The position numbers and the translations under genes are program-made. Positions 1-11,780 of a stretch of 64,000 nt of DNA are shown piece after piece (the stretch's first letter is position 1; the number at the start of each line of letters is the position of its first letter). The notes beneath the pieces are model-generated. The model searched no databases and was not told the origin of the DNA. It worked only from the letters and a program-made list of their open reading frames with translations. The stretch comes from the human T2T-CHM13v2.0 reference genome, Homo sapiens. The stretch lies in assembly GCF_009914755.1 (NCBI RefSeq), contig NC_060944.1; one strand, given 5' to 3'.

Positions 1-605
1 CTCTATATTTTGCTCATCCATCAATCTATGTGTGAGATGGGGAGGCTCTCTGACCAATAGTCTTCAAAAATAAAATGCAATTTGCCAAACAAACAAAAAT
101 GACTGAAGTATATGAAAAGGCCCCAGGCTTCCTGCAGTATGTGTGACCTTCTGGGCTCTCCTAGTTTTCTTGTGGGGGAAGATATCTTAGGGGAAGCAAA
201 ACTGTTCTCCTCCAAGCTCCAAGGGACCTATTGCAGGAGGTTCCTTGCTTTATTTCCTGGTAGGATCTGGCCATTGAGTCACTGAGAGACCGTGGAGTCT
301 TCATAGACCAAGACCATTCTCTTCATCAAAGTCTCCCTATTCCTGTTGGTGAGCATGGGGCTTGGGACAACACATAGTGCATTCCAGTAGAAAGTATTTA
401 CTGAGTAATTTTTGTGAGTCATTATTGAACAAGTGGTGTATTCAGAATTCAGAAAATGTTGTAGGTCCCTTCACTGTCCCCCTGTATGTTCTGTATGTTA
501 TACTTGTCTTATGTATGATATCTACATAGGGTGAAGACCCATCAGAGGTTATAATTGTTATTTTCCAACATCCAGCAGATTTTTTAAAACTCAGGAGGGG
601 AACTG

Positions 606-921
606 GGCTGGGCACCATGGCTCACGCCTGTAATCCCAGCACTTTGGGAGGCTGAAGCCAGTGGATCACTTGAGCTCAGGAGTTCAAGATCAGCCTGGGC
701 AACATGGTGAAACCCACATCTCTACAAAAAATACAAAAATTATCCCGGTGTGGTGGCATGCACCTCTAGTCCCAGCTACTTAGGAGGCTGAGGTGGAAGG
801 ATCATTTGATCCTGGGAGGTTGAGGCTGCAGTGAGCCATGATGGTGCCACTGCATTCAAGCGTGGGTGACAGAGCGAGACCGTGTCTCAAAACAAGCAAA
901 CAAACAAACAAACAAACAAAT
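606..921 (+). mobile_element. AluJ SINE with (CAAA)n tail
   Basis: GGCTGGGCACCATGGCTCACGCCTGTAATCCCAGC start, dimeric body, J-type right arm (GGAGGTTGAGGCTGCAGTGAGCCATGAT); flanking TSD AAACTCAGGAGGGGAAC / AAACCTCAGGAGGAGAAC. Confidence 0.95.
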
Positions 922-934
922 AAACCTCAGGAGG

Positions 935-1950
935 AGAACAATCTGTTATACTTACTCAGATTGTTACCATTTCTGTTGCTTCTTCATTCCTGATTCTTCA
1001 AGTTTCCTTCTTTTTGAAGAACTTCCTTTAGTACTTCTTGAAGTACATGTTTGCTGGCAATAAATTCTCTTAGTTTTCCTTCATCTGAAAACATCTTTAT
1101 TTTGCCTTTATTCTGGAAGTGTATTTTCTCTGGATAAATCCTGGTTTGAACATCCTTTCCTTTCAGCACTTCAAAGGTGGTGTGCCATTTCCTTCTGACC
1201 TCCATATTTTCTGATGAGAAATCTGTAGTCATTCAGATCATTGTTCTCCTACAGGTTAAATAGATTGCATTTCCCTGTCAGTTTCAAGATTATTATTATT
1301 AGTTACTTTAATTTTCACCATTTTGATTACAAAATAGTGAAATATTTGATTACAATTTGAATACAAAATAGTCTGGGTGTGGATTTCTTTGGGTTTATCA
1401 CCTTTGGAGTTTGCTGAACTTCTTAATTTGCAGGCTTATATCTTTTGTGAAATTTGGGAAGTTTTTGGCCATCATTTCATTACATATTTTTTCAGCCCTG
1501 CACTCTTTCTCCTCTATTTCTGAAACTCCAATGACTAGAAAGGAGGCATCTCCTCCTTCAGAATTTTGGCTCTTGTGGGAACCTATTTCTGCCACTGATT
1601 ATTGCTTGGGGGCTGAGAGAATGGAAAAAAGAAAAATGTGGGGATTTCTGCACTCTCTCAGAGTCCTAGGAGTTTGCTTTCTCACTCCCCAAGCCAGACC
1701 AGAGGCCTCCCCACTGATTTCTCTGTCTGAGTCCTGATGCCCATGTCCAGGTCTCAGGCTGTGCTGGTATCAGGCTCGGGGGTCCAGAAGGAGAAGAATG
1801 GCGAGCCTGCTGCCCACTCAGTGGCACTTCACATTCTGGTCTTCTTCTGGATTTGCCTGCCACTGTCTACTTTCAGAGCTCACAAATAGTGCTCCATGCA
1901 ATTTTGCCCAGCTTTTATTGTTACACTCACTGGGAGAGACAGGGTAGAGC
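935..1950 (-). mobile_element. Old L1M fragment, ORF1/5' region (decayed)
   Basis: ORF 984..1232(-) TTDFSSENMEVRRKW...KLREFIASK..LQEVLKEVL resembles the L1 ORF1p CTD; ORF 1398..1595(-) IGVSE...NFPNF resembles the start of the ORF1p RRM; distal boundary approximate. Confidence 0.85.
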
Positions 1951-2224
1951 CCTGCCTTACCCAGGGTTCTTGCCTGGTTCACTTTTAATACAAAACCTAT
2001 CCATGCCCAATGTAAAGTCAAGCTCAAATGACACAGAAGTAAGTAGAGTAACAGGAAAAAAAGAGGTCATTTTTTGCCATCTCGCCCCCTAAGGATAGGG
2101 CCTGTTGATGCTTTTGTATGATTTTCCAGACTTTTCTCTCATGCACATGCTGGCATCCTTGCAGGGAGCAGTCTGGCCTCTGATGGTCAGGGGTGCAGGC
2201 TGTAAACACCAGAACGGCAGGTTC

Positions 2225-2375
2225 CTGAATCAGTGCCTATAACTCTGGCAAACAACCTAACTTCACCAAGTCCAAATTCCCACTGATGTAAAGTGGGAAT
2301 CATAATGCCTGCCCCTCAAGGAAGTTCTGAGGGTAAGAGGAGCAAAGGCACATTGTAGTTGCCTAATGAATGTCT
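2225..2375 (+). mobile_element. MIR SINE fragment
   Basis: Degenerate MIR core (GGCAAACAACCTAACTTC...TGTAAAGTGGGAATCATAATGCCTGCCCCTCA). Confidence 0.6.
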
Positions 2376-3794
2376 CCATGTCATCTGATCTATACATAGA
2401 GAGAGCACATGCTCATTTCTGGGTATGGAGACAGACATCGCTTGCTGCGATAAAACCACAGACGGTTGCTCTTCTCTCCCTCTGCTTTGTCTTGGCCATC
2501 TCTCCACATTAGTAGATAAGATTGTCTTACTCTCTGGGACGGCTCCAGGTGACATTGTTGCATGGACATGAAGTCGCTTATTTTCTCTGTTGCCTTGGAA
2601 ACCCCATTTCCTGAGAGTCTTGCCCTCTGTTCTCCCTCTGACAACAGAGGGGCAACCCTTCATCCTCTGTGTGTCCCCACGCTTTTCGATAAGCAGGGGT
2701 CATTGGGAAGAAGCCACAGGAGAGTGGGGCCAACAACCCCCGAGAGAGCTTGCCATTCTCTGTTTTAATTCATTGAGGTTCTTGGCTGATGCTGTCTGGA
2801 TTGGAGGGAAGGGATTCATGTAAGTGTACATTAAGGATTCTAAGATGTGTGTGTTACATAAACTGCAGGGCAGGTATTGATTGGTTTGCTTCCAAGAGTG
2901 TGGGGCATCATCTTTTTCCTGGACCAGAAATGACTCCCTGTGGGGGGTTCTTGTTCATTCCAGGAGAAGGGTTGAGGTCCTTGATGGCTTTTCTGGGGTG
3001 CTTACCAGGGGTGCCCTGGTGAGTGAGGGGCACTTACCACCAGGAGGTGTTCAGAGACTTGGCATTAAGTAACCATCCACACAGTAAACGTTCGTTCTTC
3101 CTCTTCAGTTCCATTCAGTCCTGAGAGCCTCAGAGAGTGTCTCAGACTGGGGCTCAGCCGCCTCTGTGGCTCTTGCCATTTTCTCTTTCTTAACAGGGAG
3201 AATGGACCAGAGGCCCAGAGGTGTTGACAGCTGCAGTACCTCAGCAGAATATAATAATATTCATTGATTTTCATGGTATTCCTTTTTTTGATTGTTTTCT
3301 ATTTGTGGCAAGTTTCATTTTTAAGTGTATTTATTTTCATTTGAAAGCTGAGATAATTTGAAGAAAAATATGAAGTAAACAATGTGGTCCTGGTGATATG
3401 CGTGTAGGGTATGATTCATATAGGGGTTCCCTAGACGATTTAAGTTTGGCAAACATTGAACTAACATGTGAATGACTGATAGCAGGGCTTTCCCTGAGAA
3501 CAAGCTCACAAGGTAGATGGGAAGACTATGGGCAAATGGGCGCAAGAATGCTGTCCATAGATGGGGGGAAATCTCCATCAGTTTTATGCATTTTCTGGGA
3601 GTTGACCCTTTCTGCAGACTATCTGCTAAGGTGGGAGAAGAGGAAGGACACAAGCCAGGGCAGGGGGTGGACTGGACAGGTGATGGTGGCAGACAGACTG
3701 CTGGCTTTGCTGTCTTGTGGGAAACAGACTGGATAGGAAGAGGCTCACACTCTCCCGAGGGAGACAAAGTCTTTCGTAGCAGGTATCCGTGATT

Positions 3795-4285
3795 CTATTC
3801 TGTCTGGGACGCATTCCCCAATTTCTGGAGGGTGATCCTCTATTTTATCTCAGGGGAATATCCCTTCTCCACTCTTAGTCCATGTGGTGCACACATCACC
3901 CAGCTCAGGCAAGCTCACATATTCTAAACCCTTGGCCTCTGTGATTGGTGTAAGGCTGGGCTCCTTGCCCAACAGGGTCCCATGAGGATAAAGTCAGCAA
4001 TGCTGAATGGCTTTCTGCCAGGGTTGCTAAGCTAGTGGGGGCAGGTGAGGAGCTCTCTGTGAACAGAAGGTCCTGAGATTGAAGCCACCACCTAGGAAGG
4101 AGGAACTGACAGAAGGAGAAAGGTCGAGTCCCAGGCATCTCCTTGGAGATTCTGGGCACAACTGGGACAAGAGCCCTCGTTTGCGTGAGCCAGTGAGTCC
4201 CTTGCATTCCCATCTTATTCTCTGAAACTGATTTGAGTTGAGTTTTTGTTATGAGCCACTCCAAGTCACATGTACCTACTGACCT
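3795..4285 (+). mobile_element. Old MaLR LTR (MLT1K/J-like)
   Basis: 3' motif GTGAGCCAGT...ATTTGAGTTGAGTTTTTGTT typical of old MLT1 LTR ends. Confidence 0.5.
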
Positions 4286-4344
4286 ACGTGGAGACTCTCT
4301 CGTGCTCTGCATGGCTGTAGCCATAGCTCCGCAGTCAGAGAAAC

Positions 4345-4530
4345 AGGCACTGGAGTTGGGACCTGGACTCCCATTGCAGCTCAGCCATGTATGGGCCACA
4401 GGACCTTGAGCAAATCATTTCTCCGGTTGATGGGAGGGTGAAGTGAGGGAATCCATGCTAAGCTCCTAGTAAAATGCCGGCATAGACGCTCCGGGTGGAT
4501 GTGAGCTGCTGCTGATAATGATGGTGATTA
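4345..4530 (+). mobile_element. MIR fragment
   Basis: GACCTTGAGCAAATCATTT core and AAATGCCGGCATAG end. Confidence 0.55.
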
Positions 4531-4597
4531 AAATAAAACCTCAATTATAATGAAATGTAATTCCCATGCGAATGCTGTTGCTCCCTTCCCCACGGTG

Positions 4598-4599
<2 letters not shown>

Positions 4600-4632
<33 letters not shown>
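4600..4632. repeat. (TG)16 microsatellite
   Basis: Direct read. Confidence 0.98.
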
Positions 4633-4636
<4 letters not shown>

Positions 4637-6004
4637 CCCACGTGTGCGTGTGGGGGAGGGGGCTTGGAATTGTGGCATCTACAATGCCAGGAGAAGCTTT
4701 CATAAGCCTAAGGCTGTAGTCCTTGTTCAGGGGTGGAAAGATGCCTCCAGTCGGTCCAATCTGAGTGACACCCACGTCTTTGGTAAGCAGCTGGGAAAGA
4801 AAAGCTCTGTCTCCTTCCAGATGGTGTGCTGCATTCCCATGGTTTTGGATCCTGCAACCACTCTTGTTCCACGCAGAGGCCAGCCTGTGGGTTAGAGAGA
4901 TGCACAGAGAGGGACAAAGCCCGGAACAATCACAGAGAATCAAAGCACTCTGGTTATACCTTGCCTTCCCTAAGCTGCTGATGAATTAGCAGATCAAATT
5001 CCAGAAATAATTCAACCTTCCACTGTTTTTTTTTTTTCACGCACGTGTCCCTTTGCCAGGCAGCCTTGCTGTAGTGCCTCTGTTTAATATTCCATTTGTA
5101 AGATGGGCAGCTCCAAGTCTATGCTCACTCAGCTGCTCATCAAGAATAACAAGGTAAATGACAAAGGAGGTAAGAATGTCCTCGTCAAATGTCCTATGCT
5201 GTCACCTGCCAGAAAGCCCTCGGCAGTCAGTGTCCAAGATGGCTCCCCACGCAGGAATCTCTCTGAAGTGCTCTGTGATCTCCACAACTAAAACATAATT
5301 TCTGGCTCCAGAGAGCTCTGGGGCTCTGTTCCCTTGTTCAGCCCGTGCTCCTGGTCATCGTCAGCCCCAGGACTGAGGCTTGGACTGGCTCAGGGGCTGC
5401 TGTCTGTGAAAATCAGATTGATGCATCTGATTACATGGCCTGTTAACATCTGCAAAAAATAAGATAAAATAAGAATTATTTACCTGTCACAGCTTTGACA
5501 CACCATCACAAACTGGAGCTGACACCTCTTCTGTTCACCTTGGAGAGGTGCAGAGTGAAGAGCAGACCGTGACACACTTAATAGATTGCTGGGCATTTAC
5601 GGAGCTGCTTGTTACCCAGCTCAAGAGCCATGTCCAACTGCTACAGCGTTCATCAAAGACAAGAAGCCACAAGGAGCAAGTCAGTACTGCAATTCATTAA
5701 GGCAACTTGACCTCTGGGGAGAGGAGAAGAAAAAGGAACTAGCAGCATTGATTGCCTATGTTTCCTGAAGTGTGGTGTCATGGCATAAAATGACATTGAA
5801 TCACAGGGTGAGAAAACCACGCATTTCAGCTCTTGCTTGGCCTTTGAAGACGACATAGGAAGTCTCTGCTGGTGCTAGTTGTCTTGAGCTTCTCTTTGAC
5901 ACCCTTTCCTAATGCAAACAGAGTGGGCCTCAGCATGGGAGCTTCTGCAGGTGACTCTGCTAAAAGGTTACTAACACTGTATAGTGGTGTTCCATCCATT
6001 TAAA

Positions 6005-6510
6005 AAATATACTTTAATTTTTAGAGTAGTTTTAGGTACACAGTAAAATTAGGTGGGAAGTGCAAAGATTTCTCATTTACCTCCTGCCCCCACCTACACA
6101 CAACCTCCTCCATTATCAAGATTCCCCCTAGGGTGGTACATTTGTTGTAATTGATGACCTGACATTGACAGATGGATGACATATAGTTTGCATTAGGGCT
6201 CACCCTTGGTGTCATACATTCTATGGGTTTGGACAAATGCAAAATCACATATATCCCCCATTACAAGATCCTACAGAACACTCTCACTGACCTAAAAATC
6301 CTCTGGGCTCTGCCATTCATCCTTCCATCCCTGTAGTCCCTGGCAATCACTGGTCTTTTTATTGTCCCCATAATTTTGCCTTTTTCAAAATGTCATACAG
6401 TTGGAATCACACAATACAAAGCCTCTTCAGATTGGCTTCTTTCACTTAGCAATGTGAGTTTCTGTCTTCTCCACTGTCTTTTCATGATTGGATAGCTAAT
6501 CTTTGTTTCA
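6005..6510 (-). mobile_element. L1MC-type 3' end
   Basis: TTTTAGAGTAGTTTTAGGTACACAG...GTGGTACATTTGTT...TTCAGATTGGCTTCTTTCACTTAGC. Confidence 0.8.
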
Positions 6511-6619
6511 TCTATTTTTAAGGTTATGCACCAGTTAAGGGAAGTGGTATAAGTTTTCCGTGTATAGGAGTGATATATAGTTTTCATGTTCTTTGATTTG
6601 AAAATTAACTTCCTTTAAA

Positions 6620-7185
6620 TATATAATTGCTTTGTTTATTTTTGGCCAGATAGGACACTCACTCAGCTCAAAAATCAATGTAAATCAAAAGGTTTGTATT
6701 GAAAACTCTGCCTGCCATCTGTCTCCTGCCACCCAGCTCCTACCCACACTGTGTTACCACTGACTTCTGTTCATCCTTCCAAAGAGTTTATGCAAATACA
6801 ACCTGTTATAAATATATGTTCTCCCTCAACAGTTTTCTACACAAATGGTAGCATACTTTATGAACTGTTCTGTATCTTTTTGGCATAACAGTATACCCTG
6901 GTGATCATTCCCTATCTGTATATTTCCTCATTCTTTTTTTCTGCTGTATAGAATTCCATTTTCTGGATGTACCACAGTTCATTCAACCATCCCCTACTAA
7001 TGGACACTTAAGGTGCTGTGGTCTTTGATGCTGTAAACAGAGTAGCTGGGAATAGCTTGTACTTACATCGACCCACATGCATAGGAGCATATCTGGGAAG
7101 TGGCGTTGCTAAGTAAAAGAGAACATTAACTTCTAATTTTGGCAGACATTGTCAAATTGCCCTCCCTAAGGAAGTCATAGTTTTT
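6620..7185 (-). mobile_element. L1ME-type fragment
   Basis: GGATGTACCACAGTTCATTCAACCATCCCCTACTAATGGACACTTA...CAAATTGCCCTCC. Confidence 0.65.
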
Positions 7186-7308
7186 TAATTGTTAAATGGT
7201 CTTATTATTTGTAGATCGACAGAAAAGAAATGAGTCAACGATGGTGCAGGTGATCTGTGCAGTGCTGTGCAGGGGATGGGTCAAAGCTGTGATGCTGGCA
7301 TGCAACTA

Positions 7309-8511
7309 ACTCACCATTGTGAGCCAATCACAAAAGCAGAAACTTGGCCAAGCTGGTATCTTTCTAGAAACAAACTTCAGATGTTTACATCTGTAACAAA
7401 GACAAACTTCAGATGTTTAATTTTTATTTATTTATTTATTTAGTTTTATACTTTAAGTTTTAGGGTACATGTGCACAATGTGCAGGTTAGTTACATATGT
7501 ATACATGTGCCATGCTGGTGCGCTGCACCCACTAACTCGTCATCTAGCATTAGGTATATCTCCCAATGCTATCCCTCCCCGCTCCCGCCACCCCACAACA
7601 GTCCCCAGAGTGTGATGTTCCCCTTCCTGTGTCCATGTGTTCTCATTGTTCAATTCCCACCTATGAGTGAGAACATGCAGTGTTTGGTTTTTTGTTCTTG
7701 CGATAGTTTACTGAGAATGATGATTTCCAATTTCATCCATGTCCCTACAAAGGACATGAACTCATCATTTTTTATGGCTGCATAGTATTCCATGGTGTAT
7801 ATGTGCCACATTTTCTTAATCCAGTCTATCATTGTTGGACATTTGGGTTGGTTCCAAGTCTTTGCTATTGTGAATAATGCCGCAATAAACATATGTGTGC
7901 ATGTGTCTTTATAGCAGCATGATTTATAGTCCTTTGGGTATATTCCTCAGGGATCTAGAACTAGAAATACCATTTGACCCAGATGTTTAATTTTTAAATG
8001 GACCAGTAGAAGTGGAAAGGAGGGACATGTATGTCTATACTCTGGGAGAGATGACAGATGCCCTCATTTGCCCCCAAATTGGTGCATGAGGGCAGGGCTG
8101 GGGTTGGGCTTTGGGTGCTGCATCTTGCACCCCTTAATGGGTGTGAAGGGTCCCAGGTGCTCAGGTGGGGCTGGCCACGTCTCCAGGGGACTTCTGTTTC
8201 CTGCTTGTCTTGCTGGAGGCCGGCTGCTTTGTCTTCTTCAATTCCTTGACATTCCTGATATTAAGCCCCTTCTTGGGCCAGTGTGAGTGGGCTTCCTCCC
8301 TTCTAAAGATCAGCCCGCCCTGAGACACTCGCTGTTTCTCCCTAGGTGGAAGCACCCTCAGTGGGTGATGCTAGAAATACCTGCCCGTCATTTCTACTTC
8401 TACTGGTCCCATTTTAAAAATTAAAAATCTGAAGTTTGTCTTTATTACCTTTCTAGAAAGGGACCAGCTTGACGAAGCTTCTGCTTTTGTGACTGTCTCC
8501 TAATGGTGAGT
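7309..8511. repeat. ~140-bp diverged inverted repeat (arms 7309-8037 minus the L1 insert, and 8372-8511)
   Basis: The reverse complement of 8372-8511 aligns to the left arm across the L1 insertion. Confidence 0.9.
7427..7979 (-). mobile_element. Young 5'-truncated, 5'-inverted L1 (L1PA2/PA3-like)
   Basis: L1 3'UTR and intact ORF2p C-terminus (7650..7892 MFIAALFTIAKTWNQPKCP...); GAG (non-Ta) diagnostic; 17-bp TSD CAGATGTTTAATTTTTA at 7410-7426 and 7980-7996; inverted piece 7942-7981. Confidence 0.95.
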
Positions 8512-8751
8512 ATTGAGAATTTCTTCTTATAGTCGCAGCAGTGAAAAGGAACTTTTCATCCAAAAATTACAAAACAGATTTATGTTGAAAATAATGAGAA
8601 CTTTGTTGGTGCCCTGGAAAAATATTTGAGAGAAGCAGAGAGTGATTCCTTTTATTGGGCCAGAGTGTAAAATTCAGCTCATTGGTCTCAAGGGAAGAAA
8701 AAGTTCTTTTCTTCAGTTGGCAATTTGTTTTCAACAAAAGATTTGGAATGC

Positions 8752-8798
8752 CTTTTTCTTTTCTTTTCTTTTCTTTTCTTTTCTTTTCTTTTCTTTTT
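8752..8798. repeat. (CTTTT)n microsatellite
   Basis: Direct read. Confidence 0.95.
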
Positions 8799-9934
8799 AA
8801 TAAAGGAAGGATATAGTTAGTTGACCAGGAATTAGCTAGGGATTAAGAATTGGTTGGCTTGGCAATATTTCTACCTGCTTGCTGTGCATATACTTGAATT
8901 AACAACGGTCAATAATCAAAAGGGCATTAGAATGTGAGTTGGGCTGTGGAGGGACCACCCCAAATCTACTTCTCTGTAGTATTGAACCCAGGGGCCTCAC
9001 TTTGCTTCGCTGCAATTCTGTGGTTTTTAATTTATCATTTCCAGGATCTGGGGGTTTCTTCAAGCTCCCAGACTTGCTCAGGCACATTGCAAATAGCCAT
9101 GATTTGAGATGATTTTCTTTAATGCTGAAGCAGATGAAGAACCCAGGTTCTTTTTAGTGGCAAGGCTTGTTTATCAGCAGCTATACAGCTATGGGCACAG
9201 ACACAGGTAAACAGCACAGATGCTGGGAGAGGGCTGGCATCTGACCGTGACCATCACGCCCATGTGACAAAGGATGTCACCACAGTGAACAGTTCTGACC
9301 ACAGTGGCTTTTCACCTGCTTCGTTAAATTTAACTCACACCGGCTCAGAGGACAATTTGATTCATTCTGTATCTCAGCAGAAACCAGAGCACCTCAGAAG
9401 ATCAAGGCTTCCAAATTCTCCTGGGGGAACAGACGTCAGCCATTCAGCACAAAGGAAACTTCCTTCTCTGTATGTCAGAGGAAGACATAATTGTGCCATT
9501 TCCTTCTTGAAGAAGTTTACAAACATTTGCAAGTTGTCAAAAATAATTAGTCTAAAATTGTTTCATAAACCGTGGAATGAAACAGGACGTGCCTTGTTGA
9601 GATCAAAGGGCTTCTGTTACCTTCTTGTAAACTCAAATGAAATTCTTTTGAAAGTAAACTCTTGGAATTAGCAGTGGTTTTTGTGGCACATGTATGGCAG
9701 GGGGAGGGGAGCAGAATGATTCAGATAGCAGAGTCCAGGGGAGAGCCGGGAGGAGTAAAGCCCTGTCCACAGAGAATGGGAATGGGTCTTGAACAGCCAT
9801 GGTGATCTGTGCCAGTGGGCACAGGACTTCTTCAACGGGAAGCTCAGGCATTCAGGAAACACTCATTTCGGTGATCTTGAACTTGCAAGAGTGAGAGTGG
9901 GCATGGACACTCACAGTTCTACAAACAAAGTAAG

Positions 9935-10170
9935 AACTGGGGCTTGTGAGTCAGTCAGACTGAGTTTCCATTCCAGCACCGCCGGCTCCTACAAGCAGGC
10001 CCTGGAGAAGCCACTTCACCTCCGCGTCTCAGGCCACTCACCTCCAAAGACAGATGCAAACTCCGCCTCCCTCCTCGGTGAGAGGTAAGTGAGGTGTTGC
10101 CTGTGGGGGGCTCAGTTCAGTGCCCAGCCCCGAATAAGCTCTGGGGAATGGCCGCTCTGATACTTATGAT
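9935..10170 (+). mobile_element. MIR SINE
   Basis: GAGTCAGTCAGACTGAGTTTCCATTCCAGC...AAGCCACTTCACCTCCGCGTCTCAG. Confidence 0.65.
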
Positions 10171-11139
10171 TGTTCCTCATTATTAGGATGGAAACAAGCA
10201 GGCATTTACCGAGGGCTTATCGGTGGCAGATGCTAGAGGGGGCCTGGGACCTCGTTGAGAAATGCAGAGGTGTGCATCCTCTCCCTCAGGGGAGGTTGGA
10301 TAGGAGTCCAGCTCCTAACATAACCGCACGGGGCATCAGCCCCACGGAATGCAGCTGTTGTGTGGCCAGGTCCTTTGGGCACGGTGCCCATAGAACTGAG
10401 CCTGGTGGCCTGGTGAGCAAGTGGGAGGGCATGTGAAGGCGGTGGTGAGAAAGCAGAAGCCTGGGGGGCTCCTGTGAGCCCTGCTTGAAGGGTCAGTAGG
10501 GGAGAAAGTGAGATGGTGGAGATGGTGAAGAGTTGCTTGTTGAGAGGAAGCAGATAAAACGGAGCTAAATAGCTGCAGTTTTCCCTCTGTCTGTGTGTGT
10601 ATATCTGTGTGTCCTGCCCTTCCAAGGAGGAGAGAGAGGACAAGCAGGGATGAGAGGAGAGAATCAGGCTGGACTGTCAGTCTTTTCTCCCCTGGAGACC
10701 TTCAGGGTAGCAGGCTACAGGCCTGAAGCTGGCCTGAGGCCCTGGCTGTAGGACACGCTGTGTGGAGGAGAGCAGGTAGGGGAGAGAAACAGCATCTCTC
10801 CTATGTGTGCTGCCATGCAGGGGCCCTCAGAGAGGGCGCTTGGGAGACAGAAGCATCCCACACCACTCTCAGGTTGCAAGGACCCTGCTGAGAAGGGAAA
10901 GGTGGCCCCTGACAAGCACAGGTGGACACAGCCTGCACACAGTGGCCTGTCCTCCCCACATTGCATTACTCTGTCTGCTGGAGTCATGGCTCAGTGAGCT
11001 AAGGGCAGGGATGTACATTTCTGACCCTGTAAATCATATATTTGCTGTCACACAGGGCAACATTTATCCTTTTAATACAGAGTCTATCCCTTTCTCAATT
11101 AAACAATAATACTTTTTACCAGATTTAGACAAACTTCAT

Positions 11140-11253
11140 CTGCTGAGTCATCAGATATTTACAGAACACTTACTCTGTGCTGGGTCCTCTGTGAGGTGCA
11201 GAGAGGAGAGCGGTGAGGAAGCGAGTCCCTGCTGCCCTCATGGGGCTCACAGT
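11140..11253 (-). mobile_element. L2 3' fragment
   Basis: AGATATTTACAGAACACTTACTCTGTGCTGGG...CCTGCTGCCCTCATGGGGCTCACAGT. Confidence 0.6.
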
Positions 11254-11468
11254 GCAAACTCCAGCTTGCAGGCCAAATCTGGCCCACTGCCTGATACTGT
11301 AAATAAAGTTTTATTGGCACACGGCCACACCCACTTGCTTATATAGTCTCTGTGGCAGCTTTCAGGCTGCAGTGGCAGAGTTTAGCAGGTCTGACAGCGA
11401 TCATCTGGCCCACAAAGCCAGAAACAATTACTCTCTGGTCCTTTACAGAAAAAGTTTGCTGGCCCCTG
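11254..11468. mobile_element. MER58A (hAT-Charlie)
   Basis: GGCCAAATCTGGCCCACTGCCTG...AAATAAAGTTTTATTGG...TTTACAGAAAAAGTTTGCTGGCCCCTG. Confidence 0.9.
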
Positions 11469-11480
11469 GTCTACACCTCC

Positions 11481-11780
11481 CCTGTCCAAAAGAAATATAA
11501 AATGAGTTATGTGCCTAAGTTGATGTTTTCTAGTAGCCACATTAAAAAAAATAGAATGAAACCAGTAATGCTAGTTTCATTAATATTTATGTAACCCGAT
11601 ATGTCCAAAATATTATCATTTCAACATATCATCAATATAAGAATATAAATGAGTTATTTTGCTTTTTTTGTAAACTCTTAGAAATCTGATGTGGATTTTA
11701 CACTTAAAGTCGATCTCAGTTGGGATAAGTCCCATTTCAAGAACGCAGTGGCACATGTGGTGGGTTTCTGCTAGGGCAGA
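11481..11780. mobile_element. MER33 (hAT-Charlie)
   Basis: CTGTCCAAAAGAAATATAA...TTTTCTAGTAGCCACATTAAAAA...ATTTCAAG..CAGTGGCACATGTGG. Confidence 0.85.

Noticed and set aside
984-1595. ORFs resembling an RNA-binding protein or L1TD1
   Set aside because: Fragmented, frameshifted ORF1p of an old L1; no sign of domestication
7650-7892. 80-aa ORF with clear protein similarity
   Set aside because: It is the C-terminus of L1 ORF2p in a truncated insertion, not a gene
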